Below, in pieces: positions 40,587 through 49,950 of a stretch of 64,000 bases of DNA. The first letter of the stretch is position 1, and every line of letters begins with the position of its first letter. The DNA comes from an uncultured delta proteobacterium. Lineage in GTDB: Bacteria > Myxococcota_A > UBA9160 > UBA4427. Made by a program: the position numbers and the translations under genes. Below the pieces are notes generated by a model. That model was given only the letters and a program-made list of their open reading frames with translations, did no database searches and was not told the origin of the DNA. The DNA lies in assembly GCA_963822965.1 (NCBI GenBank), contig CAWGJT010000010.1, forward strand, positions 544,001 to 608,000, written 5' to 3'.

Positions 40587-43357
40587 CGAGCGCGCCCGCC
40601 ATCGATGCCTTCCTGGCGGAGCTCGAGGGGGAGCAGGATCTCGACGCGCAGGTCGCGCCCCTCGTGCGCCGCTACCTGGGCGTGCTGCGCGAGTACCTGA
40701 CGCGACTGCACCGCGAGTCGGGCTCCGGTCGCGTGGTGAACGAGGCGAACTCGGACGGCATGGACCGCTTGATCCGGCGGCTCTTCGTGCTGGCCGAGGA
40801 GCGCTGGATCGCCGCAGGCCACCCGGTGGAGTCCGATCTGTGCGTCGTGGCGGTCGGGGGCTACGCCCGGCGCGAGATGTCGATCCACTCGGACGTGGAT
40901 CTCCTGGTTCTCTACCGGGAGGAGCTCACGCCGTACGTGGCGCACATCGCCGAGCGCCTGCAGTACTGGCTGTGGGACGCCGGGCTCACCGTCGGCTGCG
41001 CGACCCGCACCATCGACGAGACCGTACGGCTCGGTCTCGAGGACGTCACCGTCCGGACGGCCGTGCTCACCGCGCGCTTCCTGTGCGGCGACGGCGAGTT
41101 CTTCCACGACTTCGCGGACACGATCCGCGGCGAGCTGCTGCCGGACGTGGGGGCCTTCATCGCCGAGCAGTCCGAATCCCTGCGACAGCGCCACGCCGAG
41201 TACGGCGAGAGCCTCTTCCTGCTGCAGCCGAACCTGAAGCAGGGCGCGGGCGGGCTGCGCGACTACCACACGGCCTACTGGGCGGCGCGCGGCGCGCAGC
41301 CGTCGGTGCGTGACCTCGACGACTTCCTGCACTTCGGCCTGCTCACGGAGTCGGAGATGGGCGACTACCGCGCCGCCCTCGACTTCCTGTGGCGGGTCCG
41401 CAACGAGCTGCACCTCGAGGTGAAGCGTTGCAGCGACCAGATGAGCTTCGAGCTGCAGGAGCGCATCGCCGAGGCCCTGGGCTACGGCAGCCCCGACCCC
41501 GATTCCGCCGAGCTGCCGGTGGAACGCTTCATGCGCGACTACTACCGCCACGCCCGGGTGATCCAGAACTCGTCCGAGCTCGTGATCGAGCAGTGCGCCG
41601 CCCGGGCCAGCGGCGCCTCGCGCCGGCGCCAGGTGCGCGAGGTCGCCCACGGCTTCCGGGTGGCCGGCGGTCAGCTCGAGATCCCCCACGCGTCGCTGCT
41701 GCGGGAGGATCCGATCCAGCTGCTGCGGGCCTTCCGCGTGGCCCAGCAGGAAGACGTCGCCCTCTCGCGCATGGCTCGGCGTCTGGTGCGCGAGAACCTG
41801 GACCTCGTCGACGATCGCGTGCGCAACGCGCCCGAGGCGGCTGCGGTGTTCATGGCCATCCTCGACGCCGAGCGGCGCGTGATGCGCAGCCTGATGGCGA
41901 TGAACGAGGTGGGGCTGCTGGCCGCCTATCTTCCCGAGTGGGAGCACATCGTCAACCGCTGGCAGCACGTCATCTACCACACCTACACCGTGGACGTGCA
42001 CTCGATCTTCCTCGTGGAGGAGCTGCGTCGCTTGTGGGGCGGCAAGTACCAGGTCGCGTTGCCCGAGCTGACCGAGCTGATGCGGGGCATCGACGATCGC
42101 CCGGTGCTCTTCCTGGGCTGCCTGCTGCACGACATCGGCAAGGGCTTCGGCGGAGGCCACTCTCAGAAGGGCGTCGCGCGGTCGCGCCCGTGCATCGCGC
42201 GCCTGGCTCTGGCCGAGGAGCGCCAGGAGCGGATCCTCTTCCTGGTCGAGCACCACCTGCTGATGTCGCATCTCGCGCAGCGACGAGACCTCTCGGACCC
42301 GCGCATCATCCTCGAGTTCGCGAAGGTGTGCGGCGACCGCACCAACCTGCGCAATCTCTACCTCGCGACCTTCGCAGACATCCGGGCCTCGTCACCGGAC
42401 GCCTGGACGCCCTGGAAAGGGCAGCTACTGCGCGAGCTCTTCGAGCGGACCGCCGAGTTCCTCGAGACGGGAGGCACCAACAAGGCGGACGCCATGGAGC
42501 TCATCGAGGCGCGGGTCGAGGTGCGCCGGGAGACGGCGGCCCGGGAGCTCGAGGAGCTCGGCGTCGGGCGGACGAAGATCGAGTCGTTCTTCGAGGGCAT
42601 GCCCCGGCGCTACTTCGTCTCGCACACGCCCCGACAGATCGCGCGCCACGCCCAGGTGGCGCTGCGCTTCGGAGACGGTCGGCCCTTCACCACGGCGTTC
42701 CGCGACATGCGCGGCGAGTTCACCGAGTTCATCCTGTGCACCCGGGACGTGCACGGGCTCTACTCCATGGTGGCGGGCACCCTGACCACCTGTGGGCTCA
42801 ACATCCTGGGCTCCCATGTCTACACCACGCGTTCCGGCCTGGCCCTGGAGATCTACCGGATCTCCACCCCGGAAGGAGGACACGACGAGCGACAGCTCAC
42901 GTGGCGCGAGCTGGAGGACCGCCTGCGTGCCGTGCTGGCGGGCGAGGCGGAGGTGAAGGACTGGCTGCGGAGCCGCCGGCGACCGCCGGGGGCGGCGGCG
43001 CGGCCCTCGTCGGAGCCGCCGGAGGTCGAGGTCTCGAACGACGAGTCCGACTTCTACACGATTGCGGACGTGTCGGCGGACGACCGCATCGGTCTGCTCT
43101 ACGACCTGACCCGGGCGATCGGCGAGCTGGGCTTCGAGATCTACATCTCGAAGGCGGCCACCATCCGGGACCAGGTCGCGGACACCTTCTACCTCAAGGA
43201 CCACGACGGCTCGCAGGTGCGCGATCCCGCGAAGCTCGAGCTCCTGCGCGCCAGGCTCTTCGAGGCGGCCCAGGAAGACGGGGAGGCCGGGCGCGTGGCG
43301 CCCGGGCGGGTCGAAGGCGCCGGCTCCGGAGACACGGGGGTGGGGCGACGTGCCTGA
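40583..43357 (+). CDS. glnD: [Protein-PII] uridylyltransferase
   Basis: AVGGYAR.E...SDVDL, PNLK.G.GGLRD, YHTYTVD.H, LLHDIGKG and two ACT domains (DRIGLL, DTFY). Confidence 0.95.
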   Translation: MTSAPAIDAFLAELEGEQDLDAQVAPLVRRYLGVLREYLTRLHRESGSGRVVNEANSDGMDRLIRRLFVLAEERWIAAGHPVESDLCVVAVGGYARREMSIHSDVDLLVLYREELTPYVAHIAERLQYWLWDAGLTVGCATRTIDETVRLGLEDVTVRTAVLTARFLCGDGEFFHDFADTIRGELLPDVGAFIAEQSESLRQRHAEYGESLFLLQPNLKQGAGGLRDYHTAYWAARGAQPSVRDLDDFLHFGLLTESEMGDYRAALDFLWRVRNELHLEVKRCSDQMSFELQERIAEALGYGSPDPDSAELPVERFMRDYYRHARVIQNSSELVIEQCAARASGASRRRQVREVAHGFRVAGGQLEIPHASLLREDPIQLLRAFRVAQQEDVALSRMARRLVRENLDLVDDRVRNAPEAAAVFMAILDAERRVMRSLMAMNEVGLLAAYLPEWEHIVNRWQHVIYHTYTVDVHSIFLVEELRRLWGGKYQVALPELTELMRGIDDRPVLFLGCLLHDIGKGFGGGHSQKGVARSRPCIARLALAEERQERILFLVEHHLLMSHLAQRRDLSDPRIILEFAKVCGDRTNLRNLYLATFADIRASSPDAWTPWKGQLLRELFERTAEFLETGGTNKADAMELIEARVEVRRETAARELEELGVGRTKIESFFEGMPRRYFVSHTPRQIARHAQVALRFGDGRPFTTAFRDMRGEFTEFILCTRDVHGLYSMVAGTLTTCGLNILGSHVYTTRSGLALEIYRISTPEGGHDERQLTWRELEDRLRAVLAGEAEVKDWLRSRRRPPGAAARPSSEPPEVEVSNDESDFYTIADVSADDRIGLLYDLTRAIGELGFEIYISKAATIRDQVADTFYLKDHDGSQVRDPAKLELLRARLFEAAQEDGEAGRVAPGRVEGAGSGDTGVGRRA

Positions 43358-44312
43358 CCCGGACGCCGAGCTCTCGGCCGTGGTCGACGCCTTTCTGGGT
43401 CACGCGAGCGTGGAGCGGGGCCTGGCGCGCAACACCATCGAGGCCTACGCGCGAGATCTCGCCGGCTTCGCGGGCTTCCTGGCGGAGCTCGGGGTGACAC
43501 ACCTGGCGGATCTGCAGCGAGAGCACGTCTCGGCGTTCGTGCGCGAGCTCGAGCATCAGGGGCAGGGCGCCCGCAGCCGAACCCGCGCCCTGGTCGCGGT
43601 GCGTCGCATGCTGCTGTACGCGACGACCGAGAAGTTGCTGGACCGCGACCCGCTGCTCGGGATCGAGAGCCCCACCGTGCGCCCGCCACTGCCGCGCACT
43701 GTCCGGCCCGAAGAGACCGACGCTCTGCTGTCGGCGGCTGATCCCGGGACGCCCCTGGGTCTGCGGGACCGCGCCATGCTCGAGGTGCTGTACGGGGCGG
43801 GGCTGCGGGTGAGCGAGCTGGTGGGCCTGCCGCTCTCCGGGCTGGACGCGCGCGCCGGCCTGCTGCGGGTGACCGGCAAGGGCGGCAAGGAGCGCGTCGT
43901 ACCCCTGGGCGAGACGGCTCTGGCGGCGGTCGATCGCTACCTGAGCGAAGCCCGGGACACGCTCCTGGGCCAGCGCACGGACGAGACCCACGCGCTCTTC
44001 CTGACCCGCCGCGGCCGCCCGATGACGCGGCAGAACTTCTTCGCGCTGCTCCGGAAGCTGGCGGTCCGCGCCGGCATCCCGGCGGAGCGCGTCTCGCCCC
44101 ACGTCCTGCGGCACGCGTTCGCGACGGACCTGCTCGACGGCGGGGCCGACCTGCGCTCCATCCAGGCCATGCTGGGACACGCCGACCTCTCCACCACCCA
44201 GGTCTACACCCACGTCAGCCGTTCGCGGCTGCGGGAGACCGTGGAGGCGCGTCATCCGCGCGGGGGAGGCCGTCGGCGGGGCGGCGCCCGATCCCCGGGC
44301 GGTGGGCGGTGA
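43350..44312 (+). CDS. xerD: Site-specific tyrosine recombinase XerD
   Basis: ERGLA.NT..AY..DL, RDRAMLEVLY..GLRVSEL, GKG.KER.VP, MTRQ.F, SPHVLRH.FAT and LGHADLSTTQVYTHV. Confidence 0.92.
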   Translation: MPDPDAELSAVVDAFLGHASVERGLARNTIEAYARDLAGFAGFLAELGVTHLADLQREHVSAFVRELEHQGQGARSRTRALVAVRRMLLYATTEKLLDRDPLLGIESPTVRPPLPRTVRPEETDALLSAADPGTPLGLRDRAMLEVLYGAGLRVSELVGLPLSGLDARAGLLRVTGKGGKERVVPLGETALAAVDRYLSEARDTLLGQRTDETHALFLTRRGRPMTRQNFFALLRKLAVRAGIPAERVSPHVLRHAFATDLLDGGADLRSIQAMLGHADLSTTQVYTHVSRSRLRETVEARHPRGGGRRRGGARSPGGGR

Positions 44313-44361
44313 CGGAGCACGCCCGGGAGGAGCTCTCGCGGCGCCACCGTGAGGGCGGCCG

Positions 44362-45690
44362 TTGAGGCTCGCGCGGGATCACGTGCTGGGGGCCCTGCCG
44401 CCCGAGAGCCTGCGGCTGGTGGAGGCGCTCGTCGCGCGCGCGCGGCGGGAACGGGTCGCGATCCACCTCGTGGGCGGTCCCGTTCGCGATCTGCTCCTCG
44501 AGCGTCCCATCCGCGACGTCGACCTGGTGGTGGAGCCGCGCGCGTCCTTCGGCGCCGAGGAGCTGGCGCGCGCCGCCGCGCCGCGGGATGCCCGGGTCGA
44601 GGTGTACGATCGCTTCGGCACGGTCCGGGTCTCCCACGGCGAGGCGAGCGCCGACCTCGCCACCGCGCGTCGCGAGCGCTACGTGCGGCCGGGAGCGCTG
44701 CCCCGGGTGGAGCCCGGGTCCCTGGAAGCGGACCTCCGGCGGCGCGACTTCTCGGTGAACGCGCTGGCGCTGACCTTGACCCCGCGCGACGACGCCTTCC
44801 CTCTGGTCGATCCCGTCGGCGGCTACGACGATCTGGCGAAGCGCGCGTTGCGCATCCTGCACGACCGATCCTTCCACGACGACCCCACCCGGGCGCTGCG
44901 GGCGGCGCGTCTGGCGCCCCGCCTCGGGTTCCATCTGTCGCGCGGCTCGCGGGCGGCGCTGCGCGCGTGCCTGCGGGACGGCGCCGTCGGCGCCGTCAGC
45001 GGAGACCGCCTCCGCCGGGAGCTCGAGAAGCTGTTCGACGACGCCGCCCGGGATCTCGACCCCGCGCTCGCGTTGCGTTGTCTCGACGAGTGGCACGTGC
45101 TGGCGGCGCTCGAGCCGGGGCTCGGGCTGGCGCGCGAGTCGTTGGCGCCCATCCGCCGGCTGGGGCGGGCACTGGCGTCGCCCCCCTGGCGCGGCCCGCG
45201 CATCCGGGGCTGGGTGGCGGGTCTCGCGGTCTGGCTCTCTCCGCTGTCGCGGGCGATCCGGGCAGCGACCCTCGAGCGCCTCTCGGTTCGCGGCGAGCTC
45301 GTCGAGCGGCTGACGGCCTTTCCCGCCCGGGTGCTGCCCCTGCTCGAGCCGTTGTCGACGTCCCGCGGCCGTGGGGCCGTGGACGCGCTGCTCGCGCCGA
45401 TCGACGAGGAGGCGCTCTATGCGCTGTATGCGTGCGCCAACGTGTCCGTCCGGCGCCGGATCGTCCGCTGGGCCGCGGAGGACCGCACGCGCAGGCCGCC
45501 GGTGAGCGGCAGCGACCTCACGGGCATCGGGATCGGGGGGCCGGCGGTGGGGCTCGCCCTGGCCCACATCCGGCGCGCGTTTCTCGACGGCGCCGTCGCG
45601 AATCGGGAGGAGGCGCTGGCCCTGGCTCGGGAGGTTTCCCGCCAGCCCCAGCGAGCGGCCCGGGGACCGCGCAAGCGCCGTTCCTCGTAG
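44362..45690 (+). CDS. Class II tRNA nucleotidyltransferase, A-adding-like (start uncertain)
   Basis: GGPVRD..DVD, ATARRERY.RPGALP.V, RRDFSVNA, SFHDDPTR and SGDRLRRE. Confidence 0.85.
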   Translation: MRLARDHVLGALPPESLRLVEALVARARRERVAIHLVGGPVRDLLLERPIRDVDLVVEPRASFGAEELARAAAPRDARVEVYDRFGTVRVSHGEASADLATARRERYVRPGALPRVEPGSLEADLRRRDFSVNALALTLTPRDDAFPLVDPVGGYDDLAKRALRILHDRSFHDDPTRALRAARLAPRLGFHLSRGSRAALRACLRDGAVGAVSGDRLRRELEKLFDDAARDLDPALALRCLDEWHVLAALEPGLGLARESLAPIRRLGRALASPPWRGPRIRGWVAGLAVWLSPLSRAIRAATLERLSVRGELVERLTAFPARVLPLLEPLSTSRGRGAVDALLAPIDEEALYALYACANVSVRRRIVRWAAEDRTRRPPVSGSDLTGIGIGGPAVGLALAHIRRAFLDGAVANREEALALAREVSRQPQRAARGPRKRRSS

Positions 45691-45693
45691 CCG

Positions 45694-45716
45694 AGGGAGC
45701 CCCTCGGGCTCCCTTT
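45694..45716 (+). terminator. Hairpin, possible intrinsic terminator
   Basis: agggagccc-ctc-gggctccct plus a short T run immediately after the stop at 45690. Confidence 0.4.
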
Positions 45717-45879
45717 GCGGCGGAACCGCGACTCGAGACTTCGTCTTGGGTCGCGCTCCTGGGCGCGCGAGTGGCAGCGCGGGGGTCGATCTTCCATACT
45801 GGCCGCTGCCGTCCCCCCCTTGTCAGCTCGATGGATTCCTGTGCCCGGCCGCCTGCGGACGGGCGGGGCGGAGCGCGCG

Positions 45880-46773
45880 ATGAGCTTGCAGGACATCGAC
45901 TCGTACCGCGCCGAGGGTGACGGATTCGCCTCCGAAGGCGACGGCTTCGCCTCCGAGGGCGAGGGATATGCGGTCAAGCTGCCCGTCTTCGAGGGGCCCC
46001 TCGACCTGCTCCTGCACCTGATCCGCCAGAACGAGGTGGAGATCACCGAGATCCCCATCGCCGAGATCAGCGCGCAGTACCTCCAGTACCTGCACCTGAT
46101 GCGCGAGCTCAATCTCGACGTCGCCGGCGAGTACCTCGTGATGGCCGCCACCCTCGCGCTCATCAAGTCGCGCATGCTGCTGCCGACGGTGGGCGAGGAG
46201 GAGGAGGGTGAAGGCGTCGATCCGCGCGCCGAGCTGATCGCCCGTCTCCTCGAGTACGAGCGCTACAAGGAGGTCGCCGAGGCCCTCTCGCAGCGCCGTC
46301 TGCTCGGTCGGGACGTCTACGCGGCGCGCGCCGCGGGCCTCGAGCCCGTGTCCGACGCCGATCGGGAGATCGAGGTCGGCCTCTTCGAGCTGATCGACGC
46401 CTTCCGGGTCGTGCTCGCGAACGCCACGACCGGAGAGGCCCACGAGGTGGAGGCCGAGGCGGTCTCCGTGCGCGACCGCATGCTCTTCGTGATGGAGCGC
46501 CTCGAGCTCGCCGACTCCCTGGAGTTCAACGACATCTTCGAGAGCGAGGGCGGCGGGCTTCCGGGACGTCCGCTCATCATCGCCACCTTCCTGGCGATCC
46601 TCGAGCTCGCGCGCCTCTGGGCCATCCACATCTACCAGGGCGTCGGTGAGGACGGCGCGCCCGAAGGTCCGATCCGCCTGCGCCAGCGCGACCTGGGCGA
46701 CCTGGGCGACACCAGCGAGGGCGATCGGGACGGCACCCGGCCCTGGCGCGAACGCATTTCCGAGCTGATGTGA
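45880..46773 (+). CDS. scpA: Segregation/condensation protein A
   Basis: VFEGPLDLLLHLI, EYLVMAATL..IKSRMLLP, DPR.EL..RL.EY and TFLAILEL. Confidence 0.95.
   Translation: MSLQDIDSYRAEGDGFASEGDGFASEGEGYAVKLPVFEGPLDLLLHLIRQNEVEITEIPIAEISAQYLQYLHLMRELNLDVAGEYLVMAATLALIKSRMLLPTVGEEEEGEGVDPRAELIARLLEYERYKEVAEALSQRRLLGRDVYAARAAGLEPVSDADREIEVGLFELIDAFRVVLANATTGEAHEVEAEAVSVRDRMLFVMERLELADSLEFNDIFESEGGGLPGRPLIIATFLAILELARLWAIHIYQGVGEDGAPEGPIRLRQRDLGDLGDTSEGDRDGTRPWRERISELM
45910..45972 (+). repeat. Three 21-bp in-frame tandem repeats (EGDGFAS) at the scpA 5' end
   Basis: gccgagggtgacggattcgcc / tccgaaggcgacggcttcgcc / tccgagggcgagggatatgcg. Confidence 0.8.
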
Positions 46774-46781
46774 GGGGCAGC

Positions 46782-47537
46782 ATGGATCGAAACGAGCAGC
46801 GCAGAGTCGTCGAGGCCCTGATCCTGGCGTCGCCGGAGCCCATCTCCGCGGCGCGTCTCGCGGAGATCGTGCCCGGCTGCAAGCCCGGGGACGCCAAGGA
46901 TCTCGTGAACGAGCTGAACACCCAGTACCAGGAGCAGGACCGCTCCTTCGAGGTGTGGGAGGTGGCGGGCGGCTACCAGATCCGCACCCGGGCCGAGTTC
47001 TCGGGCTATCTACAGCAGCTGCAGAAGCATCGACCCCTGCGCCTCTCTCGCGCCGCCCTGGACACCCTCTCGATCGTCGCCTACAAGCAGCCCGCCACCC
47101 GCGCGGAGATCGAGGAGATCCGCGGCGTGGACGCCGGCGCCGTCCTCAAGGGACTGCTCGACCGCCGTCTGGTCCGCATCGCCGGCCAGCGCGAGGTGCC
47201 CGGCCGGCCCATGCTCTACGGCACCACGCGCCGCTTCCTCGAGGTGTTCGGGCTGGATTCGCTGAAGGCCCTGCCCAATCTGCGCGAGCTGAAGGACCTG
47301 GCAGACCAGCGCGGCGTGGCCGCCGCCGAAGGCGACGCCGCCGAGGAGTCGGACGACGCGGCGAGCGGCGGCGAGGAGGTCGCCCGCGCGGACGAGGCCG
47401 CGCCGGACGACGATTGGGAGGACGGCAGCGAGCCCGCCATCGGCGCCGAGGAGGAGTCCGAGGACGCTCCCGCGGCCGAGACGAACCTCGACGACTGGGA
47501 GCCCCCGGAGATCGTGGAGCCCGATCCCGAGCGCTGA
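46782..47537 (+). CDS. scpB: SMC-Scp complex subunit ScpB
   Basis: EALI.AS.EP, VAGGYQ.RT, LSRAALDTLSIVAYKQP.TR.EIE.IRGV and GRP.LYGTT..FL..FGL. Confidence 0.95.
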   Translation: MDRNEQRRVVEALILASPEPISAARLAEIVPGCKPGDAKDLVNELNTQYQEQDRSFEVWEVAGGYQIRTRAEFSGYLQQLQKHRPLRLSRAALDTLSIVAYKQPATRAEIEEIRGVDAGAVLKGLLDRRLVRIAGQREVPGRPMLYGTTRRFLEVFGLDSLKALPNLRELKDLADQRGVAAAEGDAAEESDDAASGGEEVARADEAAPDDDWEDGSEPAIGAEEESEDAPAAETNLDDWEPPEIVEPDPER

Positions 47538-47614
47538 CGGGGTACCACGACCCGGGTTCTTTGGCGTCGGTGCGTTTCGGGTCCCGGCGCGTTTTCGACG
47601 GGAGGAGCGGCACG

Positions 47615-48589
47615 GTGAGGAAGAACTTCTCGATGGGGGCTCGGAGCCGACGCTCCGGATCACGGCGAGGCGGGCTGGTCTGGATGTGCCTGTTCGGCTG
47701 CGCCCTGGCCGCTCCGGCCGCTCCGGCCGCTCGGGCCGAGTCGCCTCCGGCCGCTCGGGCGCAATCGGCGGCCTCCGACGACGACCTGGGCGCGGTCGGC
47801 AACAAGCTCGCCAATCCCCTCAGCGACCTGTGGGTCCTCTCGTCGAGCATCAACGCGCCCCAGTTCTTCGACGGCGACCTCAACACCGGCGATCCCGAGG
47901 TCGGGGGCGTGATGGTCTTCCAACCCGTCATGCCCATCCCCCTGGTTGGACAGGGCGAGAACCAGTGGCGGATGATCACACGCCCGGTCGTTCCGTTCGT
48001 GTTCAGCAAGCCCAGTCCCAAGGGCCCCAACGACTTCAGTCACCACGGCGGAATCGGGGACATCCAGGTGCCCTTCCTGCTGACCCCTTCCGACCGGATT
48101 GCCGGGCACTTCATCCTCGGTGGAGGACCGATCTTCCAGCTTCCCTCCGCGACGGCCAATCATCTGGGCCAGAACCAGTGGGCCATGGGCCCGGCGGTGG
48201 TGGTGGGTTACAAGACCGAGAACGCGACGTTCGGCGTCTTCCCGAACTACTTCTGGAAGATCGGATCGGCCGGCCAGGGCGCGACGCCCAACGTCTCTCA
48301 GCTGAGCCTGCTGTACTTCTTCAACTACAAGCTGCCGGAGGCCTGGCAGATCGGGTTCAATCCGACGGTCACGTACAACGACAAGGCGCCGTCGGGAAAC
48401 AAGTGGAACGTGCCCGTCGGGCTCTACGTGGGCAGGACCATCCGCGTGGGCCGGCTGCCGGTCAACATCAAGGTCGGCGGCGAGTACTCGGTCGTCAGCG
48501 AGGATCTGTTCGGCCAGCGCTTCCAGCTCCGGTTCCAGATCACGCCGGTGATTCCGTCCCTGATCCGGAATCCCCTCCTCGGCGGATAG
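47615..48589 (+). CDS. Hypothetical exported protein, probable outer-membrane beta-barrel
   Basis: SD GGAGG before GTG 47615; signal peptide; LANP, FQPVMP, GIGD, GPA.V and WNVPVG; amphipathic aromatic-rich strands. Confidence 0.7.
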   Translation: MRKNFSMGARSRRSGSRRGGLVWMCLFGCALAAPAAPAARAESPPAARAQSAASDDDLGAVGNKLANPLSDLWVLSSSINAPQFFDGDLNTGDPEVGGVMVFQPVMPIPLVGQGENQWRMITRPVVPFVFSKPSPKGPNDFSHHGGIGDIQVPFLLTPSDRIAGHFILGGGPIFQLPSATANHLGQNQWAMGPAVVVGYKTENATFGVFPNYFWKIGSAGQGATPNVSQLSLLYFFNYKLPEAWQIGFNPTVTYNDKAPSGNKWNVPVGLYVGRTIRVGRLPVNIKVGGEYSVVSEDLFGQRFQLRFQITPVIPSLIRNPLLGG

Positions 48590-48647
48590 GGATCCGGGGG
48601 TCCGAAGGCCGCTCCCGGGACCGGCCCGGGGCAGCATTGGGAGTCGT

Positions 48648-48674
48648 GCCCTGATCCGCATGACGGATCAGGGC
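48648..48674. other. Perfect 11-bp inverted repeat (hairpin) upstream of rluB
   Basis: gccctgatccg-catga-cggatcagggc. Confidence 0.6.
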
Positions 48675-48688
48675 TAGCATGCGTCCCC

Positions 48689-49585
48689 ATGCCCCACGGT
48701 CGATCTCCCCACCACCAGCGGGCCGCGAAGCCCCGCGCGCACGCGCCGGACCCCCGGCCCGCGTCCCCGTTCGCTGGCGGCGGTCCGGTGCGGCTGCAGA
48801 AGCTGCTCGCGGCGGCCGGGCTCGGGTCGCGCCGCGGGGCCGAGGAGATCCTGCGGGCGGGCCGGGTCACGGTGAACGGGCGCGTGGCCGGCCTGGGCGA
48901 CTCGGCGGATCCGACGAGCGACGTCGTGGCGGTGGACGGCGAGCGCCTGGCCCGGGAGCCCCTCGCCTACTGGATGGCCCACAAGCCCGCCGGCGTGGTG
49001 ACCACGGTGCGCGATCCCCAGGAGCGCCCGACGGTGCTGCAGATGCTGCCGAAGGGGGTCCCCCAGCTGCACCCGGTCGGGCGTCTCGACTACGAGAGCA
49101 CCGGCCTCGTGCTGCTCACCAACGACGGGGCGCTGACCCACGCGCTGCTGCACCCGTCCCTGGGAAGCGAGCGCGAGTACGAGGTCACCGTGCGCGGCGA
49201 GCTGGACGCGCGCGCCCAGCGGGCCCTCGAACGGGGCGTGGTGCTCGAGGAGGGTCGCACGGCGCCGGCCCGGGTGGCGCGCGTGCGCTTCGACCCGACC
49301 GCGAACACGACGACCTTCTCGCTCACCCTGGTGGAGGGGCGCAACCGGCAGATCCGGCGCAGCCTGCTCACCCTGGGGCGACCCGTGAAGCGCCTGGTGC
49401 GGATCCGCATGGGGCCGCTGCGGCTCGGCGGCCTCGCGCGCGGTGAGGTGCGGCGTCTGCGACCCGAGGAGATCCGATCGCTGCGGGAGCACGCCCAGAG
49501 GCTGCTCGAAGGCAAGCCGCGGCGGGGCGGGCGGCGGCGGGTGGGTCCGAAGCGGCGGGCCGGCGCGCGCGAGCCCGGAGCCTGA
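48689..49585 (+). CDS. rluB: rRNA pseudouridine synthase (RluB/RsuA family)
   Basis: S4 domain RLQKLLA.AG.GSRR, HKP.GVV, catalytic VGRLD..STGL.LLTNDG and EGRNRQIRR. Confidence 0.88.
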   Translation: MPHGRSPHHQRAAKPRAHAPDPRPASPFAGGGPVRLQKLLAAAGLGSRRGAEEILRAGRVTVNGRVAGLGDSADPTSDVVAVDGERLAREPLAYWMAHKPAGVVTTVRDPQERPTVLQMLPKGVPQLHPVGRLDYESTGLVLLTNDGALTHALLHPSLGSEREYEVTVRGELDARAQRALERGVVLEEGRTAPARVARVRFDPTANTTTFSLTLVEGRNRQIRRSLLTLGRPVKRLVRIRMGPLRLGGLARGEVRRLRPEEIRSLREHAQRLLEGKPRRGGRRRVGPKRRAGAREPGA

Positions 49586-49603
49586 ACCGGCGGAGCACCC
49601 GGC

Positions 49604-49690
49604 TCAGCGCGAGACCAGGGGCAGCAGCAGCTGGAAGGCGAGCCACAGCCCGATCAGGAAGCCCACTCCCTTTCTCCAGTCCTGGCTCAT
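49604..49690 (-). CDS. Small single-TM protein, 28 aa (38 aa from upstream in-frame ATG 49720)
   Basis: Manual translation MSQDWRKGVGFLIGLWLAFQLLLPLVSR*; nearly all third codon positions G/C; one hydrophobic helix. Confidence 0.55.
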   Translation of the reverse strand: MSQDWRKGVGFLIGLWLAFQLLLPLVSR

Positions 49691-49762
49691 GGCTGTTTCC
49701 AGCCGCGGCTCTTTTTTCATGGCTGTTTCCAATCGCGGCTCATGGCTGTTTCCAATCGCGGC
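49687..49762. repeat. Three 23-bp direct repeats tcatggctgtttccaatcgcggc
   Basis: Copies at 49687-49709 (2 mismatches), 49717-49739 and 49740-49762. Confidence 0.9.
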
Positions 49763-49950
49763 TCACGCGCAGGTCTCCCGGCCTCGTCGCGTTGCCGGGT
49801 GTGCTGCGGTGCAAGAAGCGTGCGATCGCAGGCGGAGCCCGGAATTGGCTCCGCGCCGTGCGGGCTTGGGGCGACGCCTGCCGGCTTGCGCCGGCCGCGG
49901 GACGCGCGCCGGAAGGGAAGGCCGGGGGATCGACGGGGAAGCGCGCTTCC

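Noticed and set aside
36819..43357. Giant ORFs 36819-40586 (1255 aa) and 39818-43357 (1179 aa) as fusion proteins
   Set aside because: Their N-terminal parts are Arg/Pro/Gly-rich off-frame read-through of mutS and the amidase; the real starts are 39372 and 40583. The same applies to 29349-31862, 32451-34997, 50501-52879, 52045-55002 and 53562-55349.
43350..44312. Phage or island integrase
   Set aside because: It has XerD-specific motifs and sits among housekeeping genes; no att site, tRNA or cargo was seen.
49687..49762. Mini CRISPR array
   Set aside because: The 23-bp units abut or are separated by only 7 nt, there are no unique spacers, and no cas genes were seen.
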